Shown here one piece after another: positions 1-9,108 of a stretch of 60,479 nucleotides of DNA. The notes under the pieces are model-generated. The model saw only the letters and a list, made by a program, of their open reading frames with translations, had not been told where the DNA came from and did not search any database. The DNA is from a virus (taxonomy: Duplodnaviria; Caudoviricetes). Every line of letters begins with the position of its first letter. The stretch's first letter is position 1. The DNA lies in IMG/VR virus record IMGVR_UViG_3300048548_000184, positions 1 through 60,479 of that record; one strand, 5' to 3'. A program made the translations under genes and the position numbers.

Positions 1-95
1 ACAGAGACACTGGAAATAGATATGAGCACAGACCTTTACATGTAGAGGCAAACAACGCTCTAGAGTACGCATACAAGAATGGAGTTATATCATGA
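1..95 (+). CDS. 3' end of an upstream gene (partial, unknown)
   Basis: Open frame from window edge (RDTGNRYEHRPLHVEANNALEYAYKNGVIS*) whose TGA overlaps the next ATG (ATGA at 92-95). Confidence 0.5.
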   Translation, partial: RDTGNRYEHRPLHVEANNALEYAYKNGVIS

Positions 96-358
96 GTACT
101 TTGCTAGACTTTTTAGATTCTGATGGTGAGTTAAAAACAGGTAATCTTCCTGAAGAAGAATGGGTAAATATGCCTGAGTTCGTACAAGAGAAAGACGAAC
201 CATATGCAAAGATCATTGTTCGTTTTGAAACTAAAGAGGATCTTAAAGAGTTTGGTGAACTGATTGGACAGAAAGTTAATGTCAAGACAAAAAGTATTTG
301 GCACCCAAGATTAGAGCATGGAAAAAATGCAGGACTACGGTGGATAGACGATGACTAG
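92..358 (+). CDS. hypothetical protein of the type found beside phage TAGT-like glycosyltransferases
   Basis: ORF track; EWxxMPEF...IIVRFET..DL..F...IGQ...KTKSIWHP pattern; coupled to neighbours. Confidence 0.6.
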   Translation: MSTLLDFLDSDGELKTGNLPEEEWVNMPEFVQEKDEPYAKIIVRFETKEDLKEFGELIGQKVNVKTKSIWHPRLEHGKNAGLRWIDDD

Positions 359-857
359 TCTCAACATTCTGAAACAACTTTCTAATACTGCAGAGAGTGA
401 TGAGTGCTATACACCATCAGATCAAGTTCTGCCATTACTAGAATACTTAGATAAAGATAAAACATACTACGAAGCTACGAGTGGAAAGAGTTCGAATATA
501 CTTGACGGATTTCACAAATACGGCTATAATATGATTGGATCTGATGGACGTGACTTCTTTGATTGTGTGTGTGATGATGTGTATGATGGTGTTATTACAA
601 ATCCACCCTACAGTTTAAAAGATAAGTTTATCAGACATTGTTATGATCTAGGCAAGCCGTTTGCGTTGTTCTTGCCTGTTGCATCATTTCAAGGTAAAAG
701 ACGTGGACAAATGTTCATGGACTATGGCATGTCTGCATTGGTTTATAATAATCGTGTGGACTTCACAGGTGGTGGGTCTCCTATGTTTGGTAACGCTTGG
801 TTTATTCATGGGTTCCTGCCACCAAACACAATCTATTGGGTGAATAATCCACAATGA
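351..857 (+). CDS. DNA amino-methyltransferase-like protein (N6-adenine/N4-cytosine type)
   Basis: DECYTP N-terminal motif, DFF, catalytic ITNPPYS, KPFALFLP. Confidence 0.75.
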   Translation: MTSLNILKQLSNTAESDECYTPSDQVLPLLEYLDKDKTYYEATSGKSSNILDGFHKYGYNMIGSDGRDFFDCVCDDVYDGVITNPPYSLKDKFIRHCYDLGKPFALFLPVASFQGKRRGQMFMDYGMSALVYNNRVDFTGGGSPMFGNAWFIHGFLPPNTIYWVNNPQ

Positions 858-1762
858 GAAATAAGTATCCTGTATATGTAGTTTCCAAGAACCGTTGGGA
901 TCAGTGCAAGACTGCAGAGCTTCTTGATAGACTTTCTGTGGACTATCATATCGTGGTTGAAGAAGATCAGCTAGATAGATATGCAGAGCACTTTGATCGT
1001 GATAAGCTATTGGTTCTTGATAAAACATATCAGGATACTTATGATACGTTTGATGATTTGGGTGATACTAAGAGCAAGGGGCCAGGCGCTGCTAGAAACT
1101 TTGCATGGGATCATTCTATACAGACGTATGGTTCTAAATGGCATTGGGTTATGGATGACAACATCTATGACTTTCACCGTCTAAATAGGAACGTAAAGGT
1201 TGCGGTCAGAACACTGTCATGGTTCAGGGCTATGGAAGACTTCTGTGATAGGTACACTAATGTTGCTATTGCAGGACCAAACTATAGTAAGTTTTGTAAG
1301 GCAACTGATTGTGTACCACCACTTATCTTTAATACAAGAATATATTCGTGTCTACTAATACGTAATGATATTCCTTATAGATGGCGTGGTAGATATAACG
1401 AAGACACTGATCTGTCTTTAAGAGCATTAAAGGATGGTTGGTGTACTGTACAGTTCAATGCTTTTCTAGCTGACAAGGGTACGACTCAACGTGTTGGTGG
1501 TGGTAATACCAAAGAGTTCTACGCTGAAGAGGGTACGCTACCTAAGTCAGAAATGCTAAAGGAAATGCATCCTGATGTTACAGAAGTGGTTTGGAAGTTT
1601 AATCGTTGGCATCATCATGTTGACTACAGGCCATTTAGAAAGAACCGATTAATAAAAGTTGATAGTCTAGAATATTCTAGTGATCCTGAGTATGGCATGA
1701 AACTTATAGATATCGGTAGAGAAAACATTGGTAGGCGTACTATTGATGATTATTGGGGATAG
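854..1762 (+). CDS. GT-A fold glycosyltransferase, TET-associated (TAGT/GREB1-like) family
   Basis: YPVYVVSKNR, GPGAARNFAW, WVMDDN (DxD-like), RIYSCLLIRND, GRYNEDTDLSLR, GGNT motifs. Confidence 0.75.
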   Translation: MRNKYPVYVVSKNRWDQCKTAELLDRLSVDYHIVVEEDQLDRYAEHFDRDKLLVLDKTYQDTYDTFDDLGDTKSKGPGAARNFAWDHSIQTYGSKWHWVMDDNIYDFHRLNRNVKVAVRTLSWFRAMEDFCDRYTNVAIAGPNYSKFCKATDCVPPLIFNTRIYSCLLIRNDIPYRWRGRYNEDTDLSLRALKDGWCTVQFNAFLADKGTTQRVGGGNTKEFYAEEGTLPKSEMLKEMHPDVTEVVWKFNRWHHHVDYRPFRKNRLIKVDSLEYSSDPEYGMKLIDIGRENIGRRTIDDYWG

Positions 1763-1765
1763 ATT

Positions 1766-2137
1766 ATGAATACTAAGGTTTGTAGAATGTGTAAAGGCGA
1801 TAAGCCTTTGACTGCATATAACATCGATAGGAGATCTACTAAAGGTAAGCCGTTTTATCGAACAGCTTGTAGAGAATGTGAAAGAGAAAAGAGTCGGTTA
1901 ACCGAAGCCTTAAAAAAGACTGCCCCACCTCAACCAAAAGATAGGGTGTGTCAGTGTTGCGAAAAAATTATAGCAGAAGAAGATAGAATAAATTTTGATC
2001 ATTGTCCTACCACAATGAAGTTTAGAGGGTGGATATGTACTAATTGCAATACAGGTCTTGGTAAGTTTGGTGACAACTTAGAGGGCTTAAACAAAGTTAT
2101 TGAATACTTGAAAGGATATGATAATGAAAGCAGGTAA
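1766..2137 (+). CDS. Endonuclease VII-like His-Me finger nuclease
   Basis: CxxC pairs, DHCP...FRGWICTNCNTGLGKFGDN motif. Confidence 0.8.
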   Translation: MNTKVCRMCKGDKPLTAYNIDRRSTKGKPFYRTACRECEREKSRLTEALKKTAPPQPKDRVCQCCEKIIAEEDRINFDHCPTTMKFRGWICTNCNTGLGKFGDNLEGLNKVIEYLKGYDNESR

Positions 2138-2543
2138 AGTATGGGGCACGACAGAACTGATTGAAGCAAATGGTGCTTTAGAGTTTCATCGTATTGAAAT
2201 GCATGAAGGTGGTGTGTGCTCGAAGCATTTACATCGATATAAGTGGAATGGGTTCTATGTAGAGTCGGGCAAGATGCTTATCCGCACATGGCAACGTGAC
2301 TATAATTTAGTTGATGTTACTGTTCTTGATGAAGGCGATTATCATAAAGTTAAACCTGGCCTCTATCATCAGTTTGAATGTCTTCAAGAAGGCGTAGCTT
2401 ATGAGTTGTATTGGGCAGAGTTTAATCATAATGATATTGAACGTGAGACTGTTGGTTATCATATTGATGATCAAGAGGATGATATCACGTTTGAGATTGG
2501 TCGTGATGAAGATGGAGCCTACATTAAACATTCATCGTCATGA
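2124..2543 (+). CDS. cupin-fold protein (sugar isomerase-like)
   Basis: KVWG, CSKHLHRYK, FYVESG, VKPGLYHQF cupin motifs. Confidence 0.7.
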   Translation: MKAGKVWGTTELIEANGALEFHRIEMHEGGVCSKHLHRYKWNGFYVESGKMLIRTWQRDYNLVDVTVLDEGDYHKVKPGLYHQFECLQEGVAYELYWAEFNHNDIERETVGYHIDDQEDDITFEIGRDEDGAYIKHSSS

Positions 2544-2980
2544 CTGTAGGTATCACATTCAGCACATTTGACCTGCTTCATGCAGGTCATATTGCTATGT
2601 TAAGAGAGGCAAAAAATCATTGCGACTATCTGATATGTGGATTGCAGGTAGATCCATCCAGAGATAGAGAAGGTAAGAACCCACCAGTTCAAAGCCTAGT
2701 CGAGAGATGGACTCAATTGCAAGGTGTCAAGTATGTGGATGAAATAATTCCGTATGAATCTGAAAAAGATTTAGAAGACATCTTGCAATTGTTTGGGATT
2801 CATGTTAGAATAATCGGAGAAGAGTATAAAGATACTACCTTTACGGGCAGAAAGATATGTGCCAAAAGGGGTATTGAGATAAAGTATAACAAAAGAGATC
2901 ATAGGTTTTCTTCTACAGATTTACGAGGAAGAGTATATGATAAAGAACTTATGAAGGATATAGAAGATGAAAGAACCTGA
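2540..2980 (+). CDS. cytidylyltransferase (glycerol-3-phosphate cytidylyltransferase/TagD-like)
   Basis: TFDLLHAGH (HxGH), VKYVDEIIPY, RDHRFSST motifs. Confidence 0.85.
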   Translation: MTVGITFSTFDLLHAGHIAMLREAKNHCDYLICGLQVDPSRDREGKNPPVQSLVERWTQLQGVKYVDEIIPYESEKDLEDILQLFGIHVRIIGEEYKDTTFTGRKICAKRGIEIKYNKRDHRFSSTDLRGRVYDKELMKDIEDERT

Positions 2981-3896
2981 ACTGCAACCTGTGGTAAAAC
3001 GCAGGGAGCAAAACTTTAAACTAGGTATTATTGGACATGGGTTTGTCGGTAAAGCCGTTGACTACATTTTCTCTACAAATTCTGTTGAGAAGTTCATTGT
3101 AGATCCAAAGATTAGTGAGAACACACTACAAGATCTTTGTGCATGGCAACCAAACTGTGTGTTTATTTGCTTGCCCACACCTGCGTCTGATGACGGTAGC
3201 ATTGATACTAAGGCTATTGATGAGGCTGTGATGCGTTTAGTAAATCAGACTGATGCATTTATTGTAATCAAATCAACCATTACACCTGATGTTATTGATC
3301 GTCTATCACGTATCGATGGACGTATTGTTTATGAGCCTGAGTTCTTAAATGAGAGTAATGCCAAAGAAGGTATGACTAATGCACGTTATAGAGTCTTTGG
3401 TGTACAGCAGCAGGAAGCAGCTTCCCACTTAGAAGGATTATATAACTACTTCTCTTTGGCTAACCCTGCACAGACTATCACAATGTCTCCTGTAGAAGCT
3501 TCATTCTTCAAGTACACTGTGAACAACTATCTTGCTATGAAGGTTACATTCATGAACCAACTCAAGAAAGTTATGGATGATTTTGGCGGTAGTTACAATC
3601 AGTTGTCACGTGCGTTGATGGCAGATCAGCGTATTGGTCATAGTCATATGAAGATCCCCGGTCATGATGGACGTGATGGTTTTGGTGGAGCATGTTTTCC
3701 AAAAGACCTGTCTGCATTTATTAACTTTATTGATAATAGAACTGATCAGTCTTCTGAGATTTGGAAAACTGTACAGAACCTTAATAATGAAATTAGAAGT
3801 GAATACGATTTAAACGATAGAGAAAGAGAACAAAATGTCGATTATGGACAAACTGAAGACGAACAGCAAGATCAAGACAACGGAAGTTCTGACTAA
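2967..3896 (+). CDS. UDP-glucose/GDP-mannose dehydrogenase family protein
   Basis: GIIGHGFVG Rossmann, CLPTP, IKST, PEFL, GFGGACFPKD catalytic motif. Confidence 0.88.
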   Translation: MKEPELQPVVKRREQNFKLGIIGHGFVGKAVDYIFSTNSVEKFIVDPKISENTLQDLCAWQPNCVFICLPTPASDDGSIDTKAIDEAVMRLVNQTDAFIVIKSTITPDVIDRLSRIDGRIVYEPEFLNESNAKEGMTNARYRVFGVQQQEAASHLEGLYNYFSLANPAQTITMSPVEASFFKYTVNNYLAMKVTFMNQLKKVMDDFGGSYNQLSRALMADQRIGHSHMKIPGHDGRDGFGGACFPKDLSAFINFIDNRTDQSSEIWKTVQNLNNEIRSEYDLNDREREQNVDYGQTEDEQQDQDNGSSD

Positions 3897-4890
3897 ATCT
3901 AAGTTCTTTAATGAAAAAGAGATGGTTCCTACAAACGTTCCTATGATGAATGTGGCACTATCTGGTTCTGTTGATGGTGGGCTATCTTCAGGTCTAACAG
4001 TTCTTGCAGGACCATCTAAGCATTTTAAAACATCCTTTGCTCTGATGATGGCTTCGTCATATCTAAAAGCAAAGCCCAATGCTGTGATGATTTTTTATGA
4101 CTCAGAGTTTGGTTCACCTCAGGCATACTTTGATCAGTTTGATGTGGATACAAGTCGTGTGCTGCATGTACCTATTACCAATGTAGAAGAGTTGAAGTTT
4201 GATCTAGTTGCTCAGTTAGAGGGTCTTGATCGTGATGATGATGTTATTATTATTATCGACTCTATTGGTAACTTGGCTTCTAAAAAAGAACTAGAAGATG
4301 CAAAGGATGAGAAGTCGGTTGCAGACATGTCACGTGCCAAAGCATTTAAGAGCTTGTTCCGCATGACTACACCATACCTAACGATGAAAAACATTCCAAT
4401 GATTGCAATCAATCACACGTATAAAGAGATTGGATTGTTTCCAAAGGATGTTGTATCTGGTGGTACGGGTATCTACTATAGTGCAGATAACATTTGGATT
4501 ATTGGTAGACAGCAAGATAAAAAAGGAACTGAAATACAAGGATATCATTTTGTTATTAACGTGGATAAAAGCAGATTTGTTAAAGAGAAGTCGAAAATTC
4601 CTATCACTGTGTCTTGGGATGGTGGTGTCAAACATTATTCTGGCTTGCTCGATTGTGCTCTTGCTGGCGGTTATGCTACTAAGCCTTCCAATGGCTGGTA
4701 TGCTGTGGTCGATCAGACTACTGGAGAAGTTGGACCAAAGGTACGGTACGATGCCACTCTTGATGAATCTTTCTGGAATCCAATCTTTGCTGAAACAGAT
4801 TTTAAAGATTTCTTAAAGAAGCAATATCAGATTGGTCATAGATCACTAGTAGATATGGATGAGATTGTAGTTGAGGAAGTGACACAGTGA
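3835..4890 (+). CDS. uvsX: UvsX RecA-like recombinase
   Basis: LAGPSKHFKT Walker A, YDSEFG, IDSIGNLASKKE, GGTGIYYSA: T4 UvsX signatures. Confidence 0.96.
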   Translation: MSIMDKLKTNSKIKTTEVLTKSKFFNEKEMVPTNVPMMNVALSGSVDGGLSSGLTVLAGPSKHFKTSFALMMASSYLKAKPNAVMIFYDSEFGSPQAYFDQFDVDTSRVLHVPITNVEELKFDLVAQLEGLDRDDDVIIIIDSIGNLASKKELEDAKDEKSVADMSRAKAFKSLFRMTTPYLTMKNIPMIAINHTYKEIGLFPKDVVSGGTGIYYSADNIWIIGRQQDKKGTEIQGYHFVINVDKSRFVKEKSKIPITVSWDGGVKHYSGLLDCALAGGYATKPSNGWYAVVDQTTGEVGPKVRYDATLDESFWNPIFAETDFKDFLKKQYQIGHRSLVDMDEIVVEEVTQ

Positions 4891-5174
4891 AACAAAATAT
4901 TGACTACGAACTTATCCCCGGGAATAATGATCATTGGAACATCAGAATTAAGACAGGTTATTACATAGAAACAGTATTTAATTTTGGTGAACTTAAGGTC
5001 GGAGAAGATGGTGAGACACTAACATTTACGTCAGATGTTGTGTCTGACGTTCTTGGCGAGGATTGGAAACCTCATGAAGATATTGATTGGCACCACACTA
5101 CAGGAGAAATATTGTATGACATACTAGAACAACAGGTAGAAAGACAAGAAAAAGATATTGTAACTCCTGAATGA
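4887..5174 (+). CDS. gp40-like head vertex assembly chaperone (by position and size)
   Basis: Between uvsX and 41 as in T4; small acidic protein. Confidence 0.5.
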   Translation: MKQNIDYELIPGNNDHWNIRIKTGYYIETVFNFGELKVGEDGETLTFTSDVVSDVLGEDWKPHEDIDWHHTTGEILYDILEQQVERQEKDIVTPE

Positions 5175-5186
5175 TTGTGGTATAAT
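5158..5186 (+). promoter_or_regulatory. sigma70-type promoter directly before helicase ATG
   Basis: TTGTAA-17 nt-TATAAT with TG extension; ATG at 5193. Confidence 0.6.
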
Positions 5187-5192
5187 TATAGA

Positions 5193-6566
5193 ATGAAAAA
5201 TTTAGAACAAGTCATACTACGTCACCTACTAACGGATGAGCCTTACATGCGTAAGGTTCTTCCTTTTGTAAAACCAGAATATTTTCAAGGAGTATACAAT
5301 CAGTTATTTAAACAGATTGCGAAGTATGTTGCTAAGTATAATAAGCTTCCTACTCAAGAAAGCTTAAAAATTGATATTGATCAGAGCGAAAAGTTTAATC
5401 CTGATCAGTATACTGCTGCACTCGAAATACTTCCAATCATATTTGATAAAGAAACTGTCAAGGCTAACGATAAGTGGTTAGAAGATACCACTGAGAAGTG
5501 GTGTCAAGATAGAGCTATACATAATGCTATTATGGAGTCTATCTCCATTATTGATGGTAAGCACAGAGATCTTACCAAGAATGCTCTACCTGATTTACTT
5601 ACAAAAGCCTTGGCAGTTTCTTTTGATGCGAACATTGGACACGACTATGTGGATAATGTTTCTGATCGTTATGATTTCTATCATGAGCAAGAAGAGCGTA
5701 TTCCATTCGATTTAGAATATATGAATAAAATTACTAAGGGTGGATTGCCTAACAAAACACTGAACGTTGCATTAGCAGGTACTGGTGTAGGTAAATCTTT
5801 ATTCATGTGCCATGTTGCAGCTAATGCGTTAACACAAGGTCGCAATGTGCTATATATTACAATGGAAATGGCAGAAGAGCGTATTGCTGAACGTATTGAT
5901 GCTAATCTTTTGGACATACCTATAGATCAGTTGGAAACTCTATCTAAAGATATGTTGATTGATAAGGTGCATAACATTGCAGGTAAGAGTAATGGTAAAC
6001 TTATTGTAAAAGAGTATCCCACAGGTTCAGCACATACAGGGCACTTTAGAGCATTATTGAATGAGCTTAAGTTGAAGAAAGACTTTGTACCTGAGATGAT
6101 CTTCATTGACTATCTCAATATATGTGCGTCTAGTCGAATGAAAGGCATGGGGGGATCTATCAATTCGTACACTTATATTAAGGCTATTGCGGAAGAACTA
6201 CGTGGACTCGCAGTCGAGTTCGCATTACCGATTGTCACTGCAACACAAACGACTCGTAGTGGTTACTCTAACTCAGATGTTGGGCTTGAAGACACGAGCG
6301 AGTCTTTTGGACTACCCGCAACAGCCGACTTAATGTTTGCTTTGATTTCAAGTGAAGAGCTAGAGTCACTTGGTCAGATCATGGTAAAGCAACTCAAGAA
6401 TAGGTACAACGATCCTAGCAGCAACAAGAGATTTGTGGTAGGTGTTGATAGGTCAAAGATGAAGCTGTTTGATGTTGATGATGCTGAAGGTAATCTGATA
6501 GATGATACAGCAACCTTTGATAAAACAAACACTGCAGAACGATTTAAAGATTTTAAGATGGAGTAA
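5193..6566 (+). CDS. 41: gp41 replicative DNA helicase (DnaB-like)
   Basis: LAGTGVGKSLFMCH Walker A, YITMEMAEERIAERID, IDYLNIC, TATQTTRSG, QLKNRY. Confidence 0.96.
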   Translation: MKNLEQVILRHLLTDEPYMRKVLPFVKPEYFQGVYNQLFKQIAKYVAKYNKLPTQESLKIDIDQSEKFNPDQYTAALEILPIIFDKETVKANDKWLEDTTEKWCQDRAIHNAIMESISIIDGKHRDLTKNALPDLLTKALAVSFDANIGHDYVDNVSDRYDFYHEQEERIPFDLEYMNKITKGGLPNKTLNVALAGTGVGKSLFMCHVAANALTQGRNVLYITMEMAEERIAERIDANLLDIPIDQLETLSKDMLIDKVHNIAGKSNGKLIVKEYPTGSAHTGHFRALLNELKLKKDFVPEMIFIDYLNICASSRMKGMGGSINSYTYIKAIAEELRGLAVEFALPIVTATQTTRSGYSNSDVGLEDTSESFGLPATADLMFALISSEELESLGQIMVKQLKNRYNDPSSNKRFVVGVDRSKMKLFDVDDAEGNLIDDTATFDKTNTAERFKDFKME

Positions 6567-6569
6567 ATA

Positions 6570-6689
6570 ATGGCACTAAAAGGTTTAACATTTAAGAAGA
6601 AGACAAGTATCGGTAAACGCAATGTGAAGATGTCTTCTATGAATAAAAGTAAAAAGCGCAGCTACAAAAAGAATCGGGGTCAAGGTTAA
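6570..6689 (+). CDS. small basic peptide (39 aa)
   Basis: Read from sequence: MALKGLTFKKKTSIGKRNVKMSSMNKSKKRSYKKNRGQG*; GGAG upstream; stop overlaps thyX ATG. Confidence 0.7.
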   Translation: MALKGLTFKKKTSIGKRNVKMSSMNKSKKRSYKKNRGQG

Positions 6690-7390
6690 TGAAGGCAAGG
6701 CTTATATCATATAGTCAACCTGTTCGTCATGTTCACTCAGGTGAACCAGGGATTATGGGTTTAGATAATATTCAGGATCTAGTTGCATATTGTGCTAGAG
6801 TCTCTAACCCCTCAAATCAAGCAAACACCAAAACCACACCAAAGTTGTTAGACTATTTGATCAAACATAAGCACTGGTCACCATTTGAAATGGCTTCTGC
6901 TTGTATTGAAGTTGAAACCACACGTGATATTGCTAGACAGTTCTTACGGCATCGTTCATTTTCATTCCAAGAGTTCTCACAAAGATACGCTGATATTAGA
7001 GACCTAGATAGTAGTGTTGTAATCAGAAAGGCAAGGTTACAAGATCCTAAGAACAGACAGGCCAGTGTTATCACAGACAATACTAACTTGCATCTAACTT
7101 GGGAGCAACATCAACGCAACGTATGGCATACTGCCATGCAAGCATATGAGTGGGCAATCGAAAATGGAATCGCAAAAGAACAGGCAAGAGCGGTACTACC
7201 AGAAGGCAATACGGTTAGTAGGTTATATGTTAATGGTACTATTCGCTCCTGGATACATTATGTCGAGTTACGTTCAGCAAATGGAACTCAAAAGGAACAC
7301 GCAGACTTGGCGGTGGAAATTGCCAAAGCAATAAGTGCTATATATCCAAAAGCAATGGAGTTTGTAGATGACGGAACTAGTACTTCGTAA
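6689..7390 (+). CDS. thyX: FAD-dependent thymidylate synthase ThyX
   Basis: HWSPFE, RHRSFSFQEFSQRY signature, AKEQARAVLP, TQKEH. Confidence 0.96.
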   Translation: MKARLISYSQPVRHVHSGEPGIMGLDNIQDLVAYCARVSNPSNQANTKTTPKLLDYLIKHKHWSPFEMASACIEVETTRDIARQFLRHRSFSFQEFSQRYADIRDLDSSVVIRKARLQDPKNRQASVITDNTNLHLTWEQHQRNVWHTAMQAYEWAIENGIAKEQARAVLPEGNTVSRLYVNGTIRSWIHYVELRSANGTQKEHADLAVEIAKAISAIYPKAMEFVDDGTSTS

Positions 7391-8039
7391 TAAACGTATA
7401 CTTGATCAGCTAGAGTATGTAAAATCAACTATCGTTAAGAACCAGCATGTTTTTAACGATAGTAATGCTTTACACTCTCCATCTGATGCAATAACTAACG
7501 GTGAGAAATATTTATCTTTAGATTATCTTAAAAAGCACATGAGTAATTCTGAGATCACAAATCATCCTATAGAGCATTATTCTAATCCAGTTGAAGCCGC
7601 CCATAAAAAAAATCCTGATAACAAAGAGTTGGAAGATATTTTCAAGTTTTCAAGATACGAACTTATACAAGAACTTGGTGCAAACGATAATGCAGTTTTT
7701 CTATACTATCCTAAAGGGGGCTTTGTTGGTTGGCACACTAATGAAGCCAACTCAGGATATCAGTTTATATTTTCTTGGTCTGAAAAAGGTGATGGATATT
7801 TTCAATACTATGATAAGAAAACTCAAAAGGTTGTAAGAATAGAAGACAAGGCAGGATGGCAAGCTAGGTACTATCACTTTGGTAAAGATGAGCCTGATCA
7901 TTGTTGGCATTCTGCATACACTAATGTACCACGTATTACTATTTGTGTTCTCTTTAGATGGTGGGATAAGCCACATTTAAAAGATCAAATCTTGGCTATG
8001 AAAGATCATCTAATAGAAGAAATAGAATCGGAGATTTAA
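7368..8039 (+). CDS. 2OG-Fe(II) oxygenase-like / cupin protein
   Basis: YYPKGGFVGWHTN ... CWHSAYTNVPRITI double-stranded beta-helix pattern. Confidence 0.6.
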   Translation: MTELVLRNKRILDQLEYVKSTIVKNQHVFNDSNALHSPSDAITNGEKYLSLDYLKKHMSNSEITNHPIEHYSNPVEAAHKKNPDNKELEDIFKFSRYELIQELGANDNAVFLYYPKGGFVGWHTNEANSGYQFIFSWSEKGDGYFQYYDKKTQKVVRIEDKAGWQARYYHFGKDEPDHCWHSAYTNVPRITICVLFRWWDKPHLKDQILAMKDHLIEEIESEI

Positions 8040-8273
8040 ATGGGCAAAAAACTTTCGACATATTATCATGATAATGAAGAAGAATACTGCGAAGTGCATA
8101 TTGACTTAAAAGAAGAATTGTTATATATTAAGTATTATAGAGTCGAAGAATCTAAATGGTATCATCAAGAAGATTTTCATGGTAAGTCTATGAGATATGT
8201 TGAAGATGCTGCTGAGAATTGGGCTTTAGGTATAAAAAAAATAGATCCACATTATGAAGGAACTTTACTTTGA
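8040..8273 (+). CDS. conserved phage hypothetical protein
   Basis: ORF with RBS; KSMRYVEDAAENWALG motif. Confidence 0.6.
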   Translation: MGKKLSTYYHDNEEEYCEVHIDLKEELLYIKYYRVEESKWYHQEDFHGKSMRYVEDAAENWALGIKKIDPHYEGTLL

Positions 8274-8497
8274 CAGATATGGTAAACTCACCATCACATT
8301 ATGCTAGTACTGACATTGAAGCGATTGATGCTATTGAGGCGATGACAAAATCTATGTCAGGAGCAATTGCACCACACGCTGCAAATGTTCTAAAATATGT
8401 ATGGCGATGTGAACGTAAGAACGGTCTTGAGGATATTGACAAGGCACTTTGGTATTTAAACAGAATGAGAGATAGGTGGGTAGAGACGCATCCATGA
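8270..8497 (+). CDS. DUF3310-like protein
   Basis: DMVNSPSHY...IEAID...NVLKYVWR...KNGLEDIDKALWYL. Confidence 0.8.
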   Translation: MTDMVNSPSHYASTDIEAIDAIEAMTKSMSGAIAPHAANVLKYVWRCERKNGLEDIDKALWYLNRMRDRWVETHP

Positions 8498-8856
8498 CTA
8501 ATGTATTTAAAGATATTGACACATTCCAAGAAGCATGTGATCAGCAACCATCAGCCGAAAACTATAAGATGTATCTAACTCTGATTGATGAAGAGATGGA
8601 TGAGTTATTAGAAGCTGTTGCTGCTGATGATAAGGTTGAACAGCTTGATGCTTTGATTGACATCCTTGTTGTTACTATTGGTGCTATTAGGGCAGGTGGT
8701 ATGAATGGTGAGGGTGCATGGAAAGAAGTCATGGATACAAACTTTGCAAAGATTGATGAAGAAACTGGCAAGGTGCGTAAACGTGAAGACGGTAAGGTTC
8801 TTAAACCTAAGAATTGGAAAGAACCGCAGCTTGAAGAGTTTCTGTATTGGAGTTAA
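8494..8856 (+). CDS. MazG-like/PRA-PH-like NTP pyrophosphohydrolase
   Basis: LIDEEMDEL, LDALIDILVV, NFAK, REDGKVLKP. Confidence 0.85.
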   Translation: MTNVFKDIDTFQEACDQQPSAENYKMYLTLIDEEMDELLEAVAADDKVEQLDALIDILVVTIGAIRAGGMNGEGAWKEVMDTNFAKIDEETGKVRKREDGKVLKPKNWKEPQLEEFLYWS

Positions 8857-8865
8857 AAAGGTATT

Positions 8866-9108
8866 ATGTTCACAGTAGAGTTTGACGAAGATGAAACATT
8901 AATCACAATATTAGACACTACAGGCGAACTAGATGACGTGTCTGTACGACTGTATGAAGATTATTGTCATATCAGGCAATGGAATGAAAAGCATAAGATG
9001 TTTGATGTTGTAACATTAAAGCCTGAAATGTATCTCAAACTAATGGAAGCGTGGAAGTGTTCAGAAGGTGCCTACGAAATAGTAGACAAGCAGTACGACA
9101 CTATTTGA
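8866..9108 (+). CDS. hypothetical protein
   Basis: ORF track, RBS-like AAGG. Confidence 0.6.
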   Translation: MFTVEFDEDETLITILDTTGELDDVSVRLYEDYCHIRQWNEKHKMFDVVTLKPEMYLKLMEAWKCSEGAYEIVDKQYDTI

